From: Microcoleaceae cyanobacterium
GTDB taxonomy: Bacteria > Cyanobacteriota > Cyanobacteriia > Cyanobacteriales > Microcoleaceae
Assembly (NCBI GenBank): GCA_051652765.1
Contig: JBOFUV010000034.1
Coordinates: 32,001-96,000, forward strand
Length of the DNA stretch: 64,000 bases
Direction of reading: 5' to 3'
In this document: one piece after another, positions 1 through 10,597 of the stretch
Layout of the letters: each line of letters opens with the position of its first letter
Numbering within the stretch: position 1 is the stretch's first letter
Notes under the pieces: generated by a model
The model's input: the letters and a program-made list of their open reading frames with translations, nothing else
Told to the model about the DNA's origin: nothing
The model's database searches: none
Made by a program: the position numbers and the translations under genes

Positions 1-595
1 TGAACGAAACCTCTGAATAGATAAACTTTATTAGGTTTTGACTCAAGCGATTCTTTGCACCTTGAAGCACTTCTATTTCATATCCTTCAACATCCATTTT
101 TAGAACATCAATGTTGATAATAGAGTGGATCTTACAGAAGTCATCAATGGTTTCAATCTTGATTGTTTCATAGTTATCAGTTGGCGGACTATGATACATT
201 TCTTCCTGCTCTACATCTACAAGAGTATTTGTTAGAGAATTACTCAAGAGGCGAATTTTTTTCTCCCCTGATTCTGAACCGAGAGCATGATTCAATACTC
301 TAACACTCTCTAAGTGTTTGGTCTTACTATGTAAGATTTTATAAGTTTCCTGAATAGGCTCAAAAGCATAAATTTCTGATTGTGGAAAGTAACGGTTAAA
401 GAGAATGCTAGACTGACCAATATTTGCTCCCACATCAAAAATAACTGGCCTAGGATAACTTTTTAGTTTCCTCTTTAAGTCATACATATGACTAATTCCT
501 TTAGGAAAAATGTTGTTTAAAGGAACTAATTCTGAAGATAAAGCAGTATTCAAAAAGCCAAAAACCATCTTGCCAAGCAAAGGTTTATATTCCAT
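1..595 (-). CDS. FkbM-family SAM-dependent methyltransferase (3' end runs off the window start)
   Basis: Manual minus-strand translation from ATG 595: MEYKPLLGKMVFGF...VIFDVGANIGQSS...IYAFEP; the C-terminal part reads INIDVLKMDVEGYE. These are typical FkbM motifs. Not in the ORF track because it has no stop in the window. Confidence 0.85.
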   Translation of the reverse strand, partial: MEYKPLLGKMVFGFLNTALSSELVPLNNIFPKGISHMYDLKRKLKSYPRPVIFDVGANIGQSSILFNRYFPQSEIYAFEPIQETYKILHSKTKHLESVRVLNHALGSESGEKKIRLLSNSLTNTLVDVEQEEMYHSPPTDNYETIKIETIDDFCKIHSIINIDVLKMDVEGYEIEVLQGAKNRLSQNLIKFIYSEVSF

Positions 596-657
596 AAATC
601 TCTTGTTTTTACAGATTGACAGCTAAAGTTGCTACAGTGAGAGGTTATTAAGAATAC

Positions 658-1620
658 TTAATATCTAAAAAAATTCTCCCATTCAGAAAGATTTATGTTT
701 TCATATCCTCTCTGGCCATCTGGAACTATTCCCTCAGAAACTGCTTTTTGTATTCTTGGAAGAAGTTCAATATAACGAGTTGGTTTGGTCAATGGATGTA
801 GTATCCATGCCTTTTCTGAAGTTAACATTAGTCGCCGACCACCAGAACCACCAATTCGTCGAATGAACATCATTTCTGGAGATTTAGGTAGAGTGCGTTG
901 AAGATATTTAAAGGCCAGAAATTGTAGAAAGGTTTTCCCTTGAAAAAGTGGTAAGTAAGTAGAAAGTTTATCTTGATCAATTAGAAGACACTGTGTATTA
1001 AACCAGTCATTTAGCCATCCACGGCCATTTTGAGCAACTGTATAGGGCCTTCCAGTATGTAAACTTGGAGCATCAGGAAGATTTTTACATTGACTAAAAG
1101 GAGGGCTAGGTCTAGGCGACGCTACTACTGCTTCACGACATTTATTCATAACTTCTATTGCTTCAATAGACCAATCCCAGTCTGCTGATTGATAAAGTAA
1201 CATATCTGCATCATAGTGAAGAACATAGCGACTTTCTGGTATTTCAAAACCTGCAAGATATGACATTAATCCAGCACCTCTAAAATCATGAGTTTCCTGA
1301 ATCAGGCCGCCCATATATTTTTCTGATAGTGTTTGTATTATGGGATCATTGGGATAAAGATAAATCACTCTATCTAGATAACTTTTTGCCTTTAGTTCTT
1401 CGGCAATAGCACAAATCCTTTCTATTCGATGACTAAATTGAGGTTCCGGAAATCTTTGATCTGGATCAAGAACTTTGGTTTTTTGAGGTCTGCAGCAGTC
1501 AACAATTGCCAAAACTTCGTTGATACTAGATCTATGAGCCAATGAAAGTGCTGGAACAGTAATTGATGCATAATCAATATCACCAGCCGAAAGATTAATT
1601 TGTAATGTAACATCATTCAT
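658..1620 (-). CDS. Hypothetical protein, possibly GT-A-like glycosyltransferase
   Basis: 320 aa ORF with a DxD-like motif (VLHYDADMLL); co-oriented between two methyltransferases in an AT-rich cluster. Confidence 0.5.
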   Translation of the reverse strand: MNDVTLQINLSAGDIDYASITVPALSLAHRSSINEVLAIVDCCRPQKTKVLDPDQRFPEPQFSHRIERICAIAEELKAKSYLDRVIYLYPNDPIIQTLSEKYMGGLIQETHDFRGAGLMSYLAGFEIPESRYVLHYDADMLLYQSADWDWSIEAIEVMNKCREAVVASPRPSPPFSQCKNLPDAPSLHTGRPYTVAQNGRGWLNDWFNTQCLLIDQDKLSTYLPLFQGKTFLQFLAFKYLQRTLPKSPEMMFIRRIGGSGGRRLMLTSEKAWILHPLTKPTRYIELLPRIQKAVSEGIVPDGQRGYENINLSEWENFFRY

Positions 1621-1679
1621 AATATTACCTTGTAGTTCAGTTAATTTTGAGAAGAATAAGAAGAAAAGGTAAGGATGAC

Positions 1680-2426
1680 TTAGGGTTTTGCTTCAAAATA
1701 CAAAGAATAGAAACGATGTTGATCTCGATCAATACACCCTCCTGAAAAATCACCTTGTTGCCATTTACAACGAGTAATTGTTCCAAAATTTGCTAGCTGA
1801 AGCACTTGTTCCAAACTTTCTGCATCGTAACCACCATAGTGTTCCCACTCCTGAATAAAGACATAGTTCAGGGCATCCATTTTGGTTGAAAAAACATCTT
1901 CCGGTTTATCTCCGCCACAGCCAATTTGATTCAACTCCTCCCATCCCTCTTCCAGATAAGCCTTAATATACAGTTCAGCGTCAGGAACGATAATCCGTAA
2001 GATTCCGTCAGGTTGAAGACAACGCCGACATTCTTGTAAAAATTGGGTGCGTTCATCGCTGGGATTCAGATGTTCTAGAAAATGCTCAACATGAATTCCT
2101 AAACAGGAAGAATCTGCAAAAGGAAGCGATTGCCGACAATCCGCGACCAGGGTTACGTTGACATGGGGAAATAAATCAAGATTCACCCAATTTTTATCAC
2201 CAAAAGGGCCACACCCTATATTCACCAACAGATTTTTCTGTTGATAAAGATAATGAATTTTAGCCCCGAATTCTGGATTAACTTTAGAAATAATTCTGAC
2301 CCGAATTGCCCTAAGTTCTAGTCGAATGTGATCAAAAACATGACGGCTAATTGGCAGCTTAGGAATTAACCAAGTCCCTAAACGTTGCTTTAAAGTTTTA
2401 GGGTTTGTTTCTGGCATGATGATCAA
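1680..2426 (-). CDS. Class I SAM-dependent methyltransferase
   Basis: Motifs VNIGCG, WVNLD, LPFAD, HFLEHL and RCLQPDGILRIIVPD. Confidence 0.85.
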   Translation of the reverse strand: MIIMPETNPKTLKQRLGTWLIPKLPISRHVFDHIRLELRAIRVRIISKVNPEFGAKIHYLYQQKNLLVNIGCGPFGDKNWVNLDLFPHVNVTLVADCRQSLPFADSSCLGIHVEHFLEHLNPSDERTQFLQECRRCLQPDGILRIIVPDAELYIKAYLEEGWEELNQIGCGGDKPEDVFSTKMDALNYVFIQEWEHYGGYDAESLEQVLQLANFGTITRCKWQQGDFSGGCIDRDQHRFYSLYFEAKP

Positions 2427-2812
2427 TTGTCAAATGAAAGGATATCGCAATACTTTTCCAAAAGATGTTTTGTTAGAAATTCCAGAAAAATTCATGGGAG
2501 CTTAGCTAGTAGCAGGAATTTTTAGGGTTGCAACCCTCTCTACTCCTGTAAACCAAACTAAGCCTTAACAATCCGGAGAATTGTGTTCAAAAATCTTGAG
2601 CGAATCCGATTCCTGGGCTTGCCCCAAACCTAGAACTTGGGAAATTGACGTTTTTTTCAATTGATCTTATAATCATGTTTATGTAATGAACTCCAGAATA
2701 GGAAGGCATCCAACCCTCAAAGCTCTATAGTTTTCCGAATCAGCTAGGTCGGTTTTGTCTTTTTTCCATCTGGGCGATTGGCATCAGTTATTTTGTTAGG
2801 TATAGAAAATCC

Positions 2813-3886
2813 ATGGCAAATCAAATTACAGATAATCCCGAACGGCAGAAAGCGCTGAGTACTGTGCTCAATCAAATTCAGCGGAGCTTTGGAAAGGAAG
2901 CGATTGTCCGTTTGGGAGATGCGACCCGGATGAAGGTAGAAACCATTCCTAGCGGGGCATTAACCCTAGATTTAGCTCTTGGTGGCGGAATACCCAAAGG
3001 ACGGGTGATTGAAATCTATGGGCCAGAGAGTTCCGGAAAAACAACCTTGGCACTTCATGCAATCGCCGAAGTTCAAAAGTCAGGCGGAATCGCTGCATTT
3101 GTAGACGCAGAACACGCTCTTGATCCTTGCTACGCTTCAGTTTTGGGAGTTGATATTGAGAACTTGTTGGTTTCTCAACCGGACACCGGAGAGATGGCTC
3201 TGGAAATCGTAGATCAATTGGTGCGATCCGTTGCGGTTGATATTGTTGTGATCGATTCTGTTGCGGCCCTTGTGCCTCGTGCTGAAATCGAAGGAGACAT
3301 GGGAGATTCTCACATGGGGCTACAAGCCCGTTTGATGAGTCAAGCCCTGCGAAAGATTACTGGAAATATTGGGAAATCCGGTTGCACTGTAATCTTCCTC
3401 AACCAACTTCGGCAGAAAATTGGGGTCAGTTATGGCAATCCAGAGACCACAACCGGAGGCAATGCCCTCAAGTTCTATGCATCAATCCGGCTTGATATTC
3501 GTCGCATCCAGACTTTGAAGCGGGGCTCTGATGAATATGGGATTCGCGCCAAAGTAAAAGTTGCTAAGAATAAGGTAGCTCCTCCATTCCGAATTGCAGA
3601 GTTTGATATTGTTTTTGGCAAAGGCATCTCGACCTTGGGTTGCCTAGTTGATTTGGCCGAAGAAACTGGTATTGTAAAACGCAAAGGCTCCTGGTATAGC
3701 TACAATAGCGACAATATTGGCCAAGGACGGGACAAAACCATCGCTTATATGGAAGAAAACCCTGAATTTGCTCAGGAGGTCGAACAAAAGGTTCGGGTAC
3801 AACTGGCTGATGGAGCAGTGGTCTCAGCCAACTCAGTCGCCCCAGTAGAAGCTGGTGACGAAGATTTTTCTGAGGAAGAAGAATAA
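2813..3886 (+). CDS. recA: Recombinase RecA
   Basis: Walker A GPESSGKT, Walker [11 protein letters not shown] and signature [10 protein letters not shown]. Confidence 0.99.
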   Translation: MANQITDNPERQKALSTVLNQIQRSFGKEAIVRLGDATRMKVETIPSGALTLDLALGGGIPKGRVIEIYGPESSGKTTLALHAIAEVQKSGGIAAFVDAEHALDPCYASVLGVDIENLLVSQPDTGEMALEIVDQLVRSVAVDIVVIDSVAALVPRAEIEGDMGDSHMGLQARLMSQALRKITGNIGKSGCTVIFLNQLRQKIGVSYGNPETTTGGNALKFYASIRLDIRRIQTLKRGSDEYGIRAKVKVAKNKVAPPFRIAEFDIVFGKGISTLGCLVDLAEETGIVKRKGSWYSYNSDNIGQGRDKTIAYMEENPEFAQEVEQKVRVQLADGAVVSANSVAPVEAGDEDFSEEEE

Positions 3887-3915
3887 CGTTTGGCGTTTAG
3901 TCTAGTGAAGCTCTT

Positions 3916-3949
3916 TTCCGTGCCTTCTTCTCAGGGAGAGGGCATGGAA
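3916..3949 (+). terminator. Stem-loop downstream of recA
   Basis: TTCCGTGCCTTCT...AGAGGGCATGGAA inverted repeat (G-U pairs allowed) 30 bp after the recA stop. Confidence 0.55.
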
Positions 3950-4013
3950 TTTATGGGTTATGGGCTAGGTTTCTCATAGAATAGAATGAATACAGTTGTA
4001 AAGATTTGTAAGC

Positions 4014-4949
4014 ATGGCTGACCAATTGATCCGCGCGACAGCGGCCAGCAACGGAATCCGGGCAGTTGGAGTGATTACTACCCGATTGACTGAGGAAGTC
4101 CGACAGCGCCACCACCTCTCACCTGTAGCTACAGCAGCCTTGGGTCGTACTATGGCTGCAGGACTACTGTTAGCCTCTAGTATGAAGCGACCTGGCTCTC
4201 GGGTTAATATCAACATCAAAGGAGATGGCCCTTTAGGTAGAGTCTTAGTGGATGCAGGTCTCGATGGTACCGTTCGAGGGTATGTAGACTATCCTGATGT
4301 GATTCTTCCCCCCAATGCTTTAGGCAAACTGGATGTCGGTGGGGCCGTTGGTCGCAATGGATTTCTCTATGTTTTACGAGACGTTGGCTATGGCTATCCC
4401 TATTCCAGCACGATTGAATTAGTTTCGGGTGAAATTGGAGATGATCTCACTCACTATCTTGTGACCTCTGAACAAACTCCTTCTGCCTTGGTTTTGGGGG
4501 TATTTGTTGACTCAGAGGGGGTTCAAGCGGCTGGGGGAATTTTGTTGCAAGTTTTACCCAAGGCCGCTAGCGATGAAGAATTAGTCCAAACGTTAGAGTC
4601 ACGGGTTGGTTCCTTGTCTGGTTTCACCCCCCTCTTACGCCAATATCAGACTTTGCCTGAAATCTTTGAAATCCTAATTGGAGACATGGGATTGCAGATT
4701 TTGTCCGAAACACAGCTTGTAAGATTTCAGTGTTCCTGCTCCTTGGAGCGGGTGTTGGGGGCATTGAAACTGTTTGGTGTGGAGGAACTTCAAGACATGA
4801 TTATTAAGGATTCAGGGGCAGAAGCCAAATGCGAATTCTGTAGTGAAGTTTATTGTGCAACTCCAGATCACTTGACTCAGCTCATTCAAGAGTTACAGCA
4901 ATCTGAGAGTGATGCGCCTCAAGTTCGGAATGCTTCAATTCTGTTTTAG
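4014..4949 (+). CDS. hslO: Redox-regulated chaperone Hsp33
   Basis: N-terminus MADQLIRATA, SEQTPS motif and C-terminal zinc motif CSCS...CEFC. Confidence 0.97.
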   Translation: MADQLIRATAASNGIRAVGVITTRLTEEVRQRHHLSPVATAALGRTMAAGLLLASSMKRPGSRVNINIKGDGPLGRVLVDAGLDGTVRGYVDYPDVILPPNALGKLDVGGAVGRNGFLYVLRDVGYGYPYSSTIELVSGEIGDDLTHYLVTSEQTPSALVLGVFVDSEGVQAAGGILLQVLPKAASDEELVQTLESRVGSLSGFTPLLRQYQTLPEIFEILIGDMGLQILSETQLVRFQCSCSLERVLGALKLFGVEELQDMIIKDSGAEAKCEFCSEVYCATPDHLTQLIQELQQSESDAPQVRNASILF

Positions 4950-5005
4950 ACTTTAGTTCCGTACTTGTTTGACTAGTAGTCACTTGACTGGTAATCGTTT
5001 TAATG

Positions 5006-5053
5006 AACTACTTTAAAAACTACTTTAAAAACTACTTTAAAAGCCACTTTAAA
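5006..5053. repeat. 12-bp tandem repeat AACTACTTTAAA x3 plus one degenerate copy
   Basis: Units at 5006, 5018, 5030 and 5042 (AGCCACTTTAAA). Confidence 0.9.
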
Positions 5054-5555
5054 AACCGCTGTAGCGATCCAATTTGACGCGCGAACGTGGAATAGACATC
5101 TTGTCCGCACATTCTAGAAGCCTAACCTCCTGAATGTTTATGGGTTTTGACTGGAAGTCAGTCAGGTGTTGACGCAACATCTCAACCAATTTAAATCGGT
5201 ATCATTGGGCCGTCAATCGTTGTACTGCTCTCATAAACTTAACTTTTTTTAACATGGCTATCTACAAGAGTTCTGCCATTTCCTACCTTACAATTACTCA
5301 AAATTGCTCCGAAGACAGATGTCATTTCTAATTGAAATGAATAGAATAGAAGTATGAAAGATTTGTTAGCACTATAAAAACCTGCTCTGTCAAGGCTGAT
5401 AAAACAAGTTAAATCAAGGTTTAAAGCATAGGGATCAAGAAAGACTTCCTTAAAAGAGTTGAGTTGAGTGCATCTCTAAGAAATCTTTTGCTCTCAGTAA
5501 AATCCCCAGGCTTTTACTTCAAAAAATAACATTTTAGTTTGGAGTCAAATGGTCA

Positions 5556-8006
5556 ATGGTGAATACACTGGTTCAGCAACGGTCTCAGATTTCTCAGGAA
5601 CAAGCTCTAGTATTGTGGTTTGATGAAGTAGGAATGGTTGATGTCGCTCGGGTCGGGGGTAAGAATGCCTCTCTAGGTGAGATGACGCGCCAACTCAAGT
5701 CTAAGGGGATTAATATCCCTCCGGGATTTGCCACAACAGCCGCCGCCTATCGCCACTTTTTAACATCGGCGGGGTTGGAAGCAAAACTTCGCCGATTGTT
5801 GGCTGACTTAAAGGTCGAAGATGTTGAAGCCTTGCAGCAGTGTGGTCATCAAGCTCGAGCCCTGATTCTGAATACTCCTTTCTCCCCTGAACTCGAACAG
5901 GCGATCGCCCTAGCCTACCAACAGCTCTGCAATCACTATGGTGAAAATGCCGATGTTGCAGTGCGTTCCTCGGCAACGGCAGAAGACTTGCCAGAGGCTA
6001 GTTTTGCTGGACAGCAAGACACCTATCTCAACATTCAGGGTCGGCAAGCCGTGATTGAGCACGTTCATCGCTGTTTTGCTTCCCTATTCACCGCTCGAGC
6101 CATTGCCTACCGGACATTGAAAGGATTTGACCACTTTGAGGTGGCTCTATGTGTTGGGGTTCAGAAAATGGTGCGCTCAGATCTGGCAACATCTGGGGTG
6201 ATGTTTTCCATTGATACCGAAACTGGCTTTAAGAATGCCGCCTTGATCACAGCAGCCTACGGTCTAGGAGAAAATGTGGTTCAAGGAACTGTCAATCCAG
6301 ATGAATACTTGGTGTTCAAGCCAACTTTGCGGGAAGGCTTCCCAGCTATTTTAAAAAAACGGTTGGGTTCGAAGGCCCTAAAAATGATCTATGACCCCAG
6401 TGGTTTGACCCAGAATATTCCGGTTCCTCTGTGGCAACAGCAGCAATTTGCCCTCACAAACGACGAGATTTTGCAACTGGGACAATGGGCAACGGTGATT
6501 GAAGATTACTATTCTCAGGTGCAGGGGCGCTACACCCCAATGGATATCGAATGGGCAAAGGATGGGATCACGGGGGAATTATTTATTGTTCAGGCCCGCC
6601 CCGAAACCATCCAATCCCAGAAACCCCAAGGCATTCTTCAACAGTACAAACTCCAGGACATCGGAGAAGTGTTGGTGACAGGTCGGGCTGTGGGTCACCG
6701 CATTGGCCAAGGAAAGGTTCGTGTGATTCTGAGCCCCGATCAAATGGCGGAATTTCAGCCTGGGGAAGTATTAGTGACCAGTAAAACCGACCCTGACTGG
6801 GAACCGATTATGAAAAAAGCCAGTGCAATTGTGACTGATGCGGGGGGACGGACGTGTCACGCCGCGATTATTGCCCGCGAGCTAGGAATTCCAGCGATTG
6901 TGGGGTGTACTGATGCTACCCAAACGTTACACCGAATGGGGCAAGAAGTTACAGTATCCTGCGCTGAGGGAGAAATAGGTAAAGTCTACCAAGGATTAGT
7001 GCCGTTTGTGATCGAAGAAACGATTTTAGATGCATTACCCAAAACCCGAACTCAAGTTTTAATGAATGTAGGCAATCCTGAAGAAGCTTTTGGATTATCT
7101 GCCATTCCTTGTCAAGGTGTGGGACTGGCCCGACTAGAATTTATTATCGCCAATCAGATTAAAATTCACCCCTTGGCATTGCTGCATTTTGAAGAACTCA
7201 AGGACGAAAAAGTTAAACAGAAAATCGCTGACTTAACTCCCCAATATTTATGTAAATCCGACTATTTTGTCGATAAACTCACCCAAGGAATTGCAGTAAT
7301 CGCTGCGGCATTTTATCCTAATCCTGTGATTGTGCGAATGAGCGATTTCAAGAGTAATGAATATGCCAATTTACTGGGTGGAAATCAGTTTGAACCTCAA
7401 GAAGAAAATCCCATGATTGGTTGGCGAGGAGCCGTTCGTTATACTGATCCAAAATATCGAGAAGCATTTGGGTTAGAGTGTCAAGCCCTCAAAAAAGTTA
7501 GGGATGAAATTGGATTAGCAAATGTGATTCCGATGATTCCATTCTGTCGCACCCCAGAGGAAGGGCGGAAAGTACTTGCAGAAATGGCAAAACAGGGTTT
7601 GATTCGAGGGGAGAACGGGTTGCAAATTTACGTGATGTGTGAATTACCGAGTAACGTATTGTTAGCTGATGAATTTTGTCAGGTGTTTGATGGATTCTCG
7701 ATTGGCTCAAATGACTTAACTCAATTAACTCTAGGATTAGACCGGGATTCAGGATTGGTTGCTCATCTATTTGACGAACGTAATCCCGCTGTAAAACGTA
7801 TGATCCAAATGGCAGTTGAAACGGTCAAACGGCATGGCGGTAAGATTGGAATTTGTGGCCAAGCTCCGAGTGATTTTCCAGAATTTGCTCAGTTTTTAGT
7901 TAAGTTGGGCATTGATTCAATTAGCCTTAATCCAGATTCGGTTCTAAAGACTACATTAGCAATTGCTGAAATTGAGCAATCTGTTGAATCAATGGTACAG
8001 TCTTGA
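5556..8006 (+). CDS. ppsA: Phosphoenolpyruvate synthase
   Basis: VGGKNASLGEM, VAVRSSATAEDLP, phospho-His motif GGRTCHAAII and FSIGSNDLTQ. Confidence 0.98.
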   Translation: MVNTLVQQRSQISQEQALVLWFDEVGMVDVARVGGKNASLGEMTRQLKSKGINIPPGFATTAAAYRHFLTSAGLEAKLRRLLADLKVEDVEALQQCGHQARALILNTPFSPELEQAIALAYQQLCNHYGENADVAVRSSATAEDLPEASFAGQQDTYLNIQGRQAVIEHVHRCFASLFTARAIAYRTLKGFDHFEVALCVGVQKMVRSDLATSGVMFSIDTETGFKNAALITAAYGLGENVVQGTVNPDEYLVFKPTLREGFPAILKKRLGSKALKMIYDPSGLTQNIPVPLWQQQQFALTNDEILQLGQWATVIEDYYSQVQGRYTPMDIEWAKDGITGELFIVQARPETIQSQKPQGILQQYKLQDIGEVLVTGRAVGHRIGQGKVRVILSPDQMAEFQPGEVLVTSKTDPDWEPIMKKASAIVTDAGGRTCHAAIIARELGIPAIVGCTDATQTLHRMGQEVTVSCAEGEIGKVYQGLVPFVIEETILDALPKTRTQVLMNVGNPEEAFGLSAIPCQGVGLARLEFIIANQIKIHPLALLHFEELKDEKVKQKIADLTPQYLCKSDYFVDKLTQGIAVIAAAFYPNPVIVRMSDFKSNEYANLLGGNQFEPQEENPMIGWRGAVRYTDPKYREAFGLECQALKKVRDEIGLANVIPMIPFCRTPEEGRKVLAEMAKQGLIRGENGLQIYVMCELPSNVLLADEFCQVFDGFSIGSNDLTQLTLGLDRDSGLVAHLFDERNPAVKRMIQMAVETVKRHGGKIGICGQAPSDFPEFAQFLVKLGIDSISLNPDSVLKTTLAIAEIEQSVESMVQS

Positions 8007-8477
8007 TGGTGTAAGTCAAGTGCTAGAGTTCGGGGATTTATTCCTGCCTCTGCGCGGAGAAAAGCTGCTAGAGCAGAAGTGCTAAAGCAGCCTTTTTTTA
8101 CTTAGTTTTTTTCAAACCTCTGTTTATTTTCAAACGTCTCTTTTCAAACGTCTATTGTCAAACTAAGAAAGTGTTTTAATTACCCTGGTACTTTAGAGAA
8201 ACTACCTCTGTTGTAATCACTCTTAGGCTCTACACTAATTAATGAAATATCCGTGGTGTAGACTTCTATATGCAGACATCTTACCCGCTGTACGGTCACA
8301 CTTCAAATCAAATTGCTGTAGATCTCTTCAGGAAGTGAGTTAAGATATTATTCGCAACACCTACTGAGATTACGATACTACGCACTGTTATGGATTAGGT
8401 ATGTCGGCTCGGTGTTTTTTATGATACGAGTGGCAAACTATAATGAGGTATAAGGCTTAACGGTTAGGGAATTCATA

Positions 8478-10466
8478 GTGAATCAAGCTACAAATACTGG
8501 TGCAGCTTCCTCTCAACTTTTACCCCTGATTAGAGATTCTGAGCGCCTTGAAAGTCGGTTGAAGGAAATTCCTTCGACTCCAGGGGTGTATTTGATGCGG
8601 GATAAAACAGACAATATTCTCTACATTGGAAAGTCCAAAAAATTGCGATCGCGGGTGCGTTCCTACTTCCGAGATCGTCACTGGCATAGCCCTCGAATTG
8701 CCATGATGGTTCAGCAAGTCGTTGAGATTGAATTTATTGTTACTGACACCGAAGCAGAAGCTCTAGCCCTAGAAGATAATTTAATCAAACAGCATTACCC
8801 TCACTTTAATGTGCTGCTAAAAGATGATAAAAAATATCCTTATCTTTGTATTACCTGGTCAGAAAAATACCCCCGAATTTTTATCACTCGTCGGCGGAGT
8901 CTGAACCATAGGACAGATCGTTATTATGGCCCCTATGTAGATGTCGGAAGGCTTCGGAGTACTCTGGGTTTGGTGAAGCGAGTGTTTCCCCTGCGGCAAC
9001 GTCCTAAACCACTGTTTAAAAATCGCCCCTGTTTAAACTATGATATTGGTCGCTGTCCAGGCGTGTGTCAGGAATTAATTTCCCCAGAAGACTATCATAA
9101 AGTTGTCCAGAAAGTGGCGATGATTTTCCAAGGCAGAACGGGAGAATTGATTGAGATTTTAACTCAACAAATGGAAACTGCTGCTGAGAATTTAAACTTT
9201 GAAACTGCGGCAAGAGCCCGAGATCAAATTAAAGCTTTACAGAGTATTGGCACTGATCAAAAAGTTTCCCTCCCAGATGATCGGGTTTCACGGGATGCGA
9301 TCGCCTTAGCAGCAAATGAAAAGCAAGCTTGTGTGCAACTCTTTCAGATTCGGGCGGGAAAGTTAGTGGGTCGCCTTGGATTTGTTGTTGATGTTAGTAA
9401 TTTCCAGTTTTCTCAACCTCATATTTCAGGAGAAAATCAAACCGAAACAAATGATATTTCAACCGCTCAAGAGTTTGAGCCTCAACCCGAGAAATTCTTG
9501 GAGTTTGGCGTGATTCTCCAAAGAGTTCTAGAGGATCATTACCAAACAGTTGATTCAGTAGAAATCCCCCCAGAAATTCTGGTGCAATATGAATTGCCAG
9601 AGGAGTCAATTTTAGCCAACTGGTTAAGTGAATATAAAGGTCGCAAAGTCACAATTGTTAACCCCCAACGTCAGACCAAGGCTGATCTGGTAGAGATGGT
9701 GGAACGGAATGCTCAGTATGAGCTAGAACGAGTGCAAAAATTTAGCGATCGCAATACCCAAGCGATGCAGGATTTAGCAGAAATTTTAGATTTACCCGAC
9801 CTTCCTCATCGCATCGAAGGGTATGATATTTCTCACATTCAAGGCTCTGATGCCGTCGCATCTCGTGTGGTTTTCATTGATGGTTTACCGGCAAAACAAC
9901 ATTACCGCCATTACAAAATTAAAAACCCAGAAGTGCGTTCAGGACATTCTGATGATTTTGCCAGTTTAGCTGAAGTGATTCAACGCCGGTTTCGAGATTA
10001 CACTGCTTTAGACGAGGCAAAATTAGGGTCTGACAGGCCGGATTTAGTCATGATTGACGGGGGCAAGGGGCAGCTTTCTGCGGTTGTAGAGGTGTTGCGG
10101 AAACTGGACTTATTAGAAGAGTTGAACGTGGTCAGTTTAGCGAAACAAAGAGAGGAAATTTTTCTCCCCGGAGAATCGACTCCCTTGGCAACAGATGCAG
10201 AGCAACCCGGAGTTCAGTTGCTCCGAAGACTTCGGGATGAAGCCCATCGATTTGCCATTAGTTTTCATCGAGAAAAACGCACAGAAAGAATGCGGCGATC
10301 GCGCTTAGATGAGATTCCGGGCTTGGGTTATACCCGCCAAAAACAACTGTTAGCTCATTTTCGTTCTGTCGATTATATCCGGATGGCGACCGTGGAGCAG
10401 CTTGCAGAAGTTGAAGGAATTGGGCCAAAATTAGCCCAGCAAATTTACGATTATCTTCATCCTTAA
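8478..10466 (+). CDS. uvrC: Excinuclease ABC subunit C
   Basis: GIY-YIG N-terminus (PGVYLM...LYIGKS), [16 protein letters not shown] and C-terminal HhH motifs. Confidence 0.98.
   Translation: MNQATNTGAASSQLLPLIRDSERLESRLKEIPSTPGVYLMRDKTDNILYIGKSKKLRSRVRSYFRDRHWHSPRIAMMVQQVVEIEFIVTDTEAEALALEDNLIKQHYPHFNVLLKDDKKYPYLCITWSEKYPRIFITRRRSLNHRTDRYYGPYVDVGRLRSTLGLVKRVFPLRQRPKPLFKNRPCLNYDIGRCPGVCQELISPEDYHKVVQKVAMIFQGRTGELIEILTQQMETAAENLNFETAARARDQIKALQSIGTDQKVSLPDDRVSRDAIALAANEKQACVQLFQIRAGKLVGRLGFVVDVSNFQFSQPHISGENQTETNDISTAQEFEPQPEKFLEFGVILQRVLEDHYQTVDSVEIPPEILVQYELPEESILANWLSEYKGRKVTIVNPQRQTKADLVEMVERNAQYELERVQKFSDRNTQAMQDLAEILDLPDLPHRIEGYDISHIQGSDAVASRVVFIDGLPAKQHYRHYKIKNPEVRSGHSDDFASLAEVIQRRFRDYTALDEAKLGSDRPDLVMIDGGKGQLSAVVEVLRKLDLLEELNVVSLAKQREEIFLPGESTPLATDAEQPGVQLLRRLRDEAHRFAISFHREKRTERMRRSRLDEIPGLGYTRQKQLLAHFRSVDYIRMATVEQLAEVEGIGPKLAQQIYDYLHP
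8645..8652. repeat. HIP1 octamer GCGATCGC (one example of many dispersed copies)
   Basis: Other copies include 9297, 11151 and 21761; a typical cyanobacterial over-represented palindrome. Confidence 0.9.
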
Positions 10467-10597
10467 AAACACCTGCTTAAAAACACCCGCACGACCTTAC
10501 TCTCAATTTTTGGGTTCCCCAGTTGTGGGTACTGACCCAGTCATCTCAAGATTTGGCCTCAGCCAATGAAGTTCAATCTACTGAAAATTGCTACGCG

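Noticed and set aside
2427..2812. LexA box upstream of recA
   Set aside because: No convincing match to the cyanobacterial RGTAC-N3-DGTWCB consensus; only a half-site-like TGTTC near 2584.
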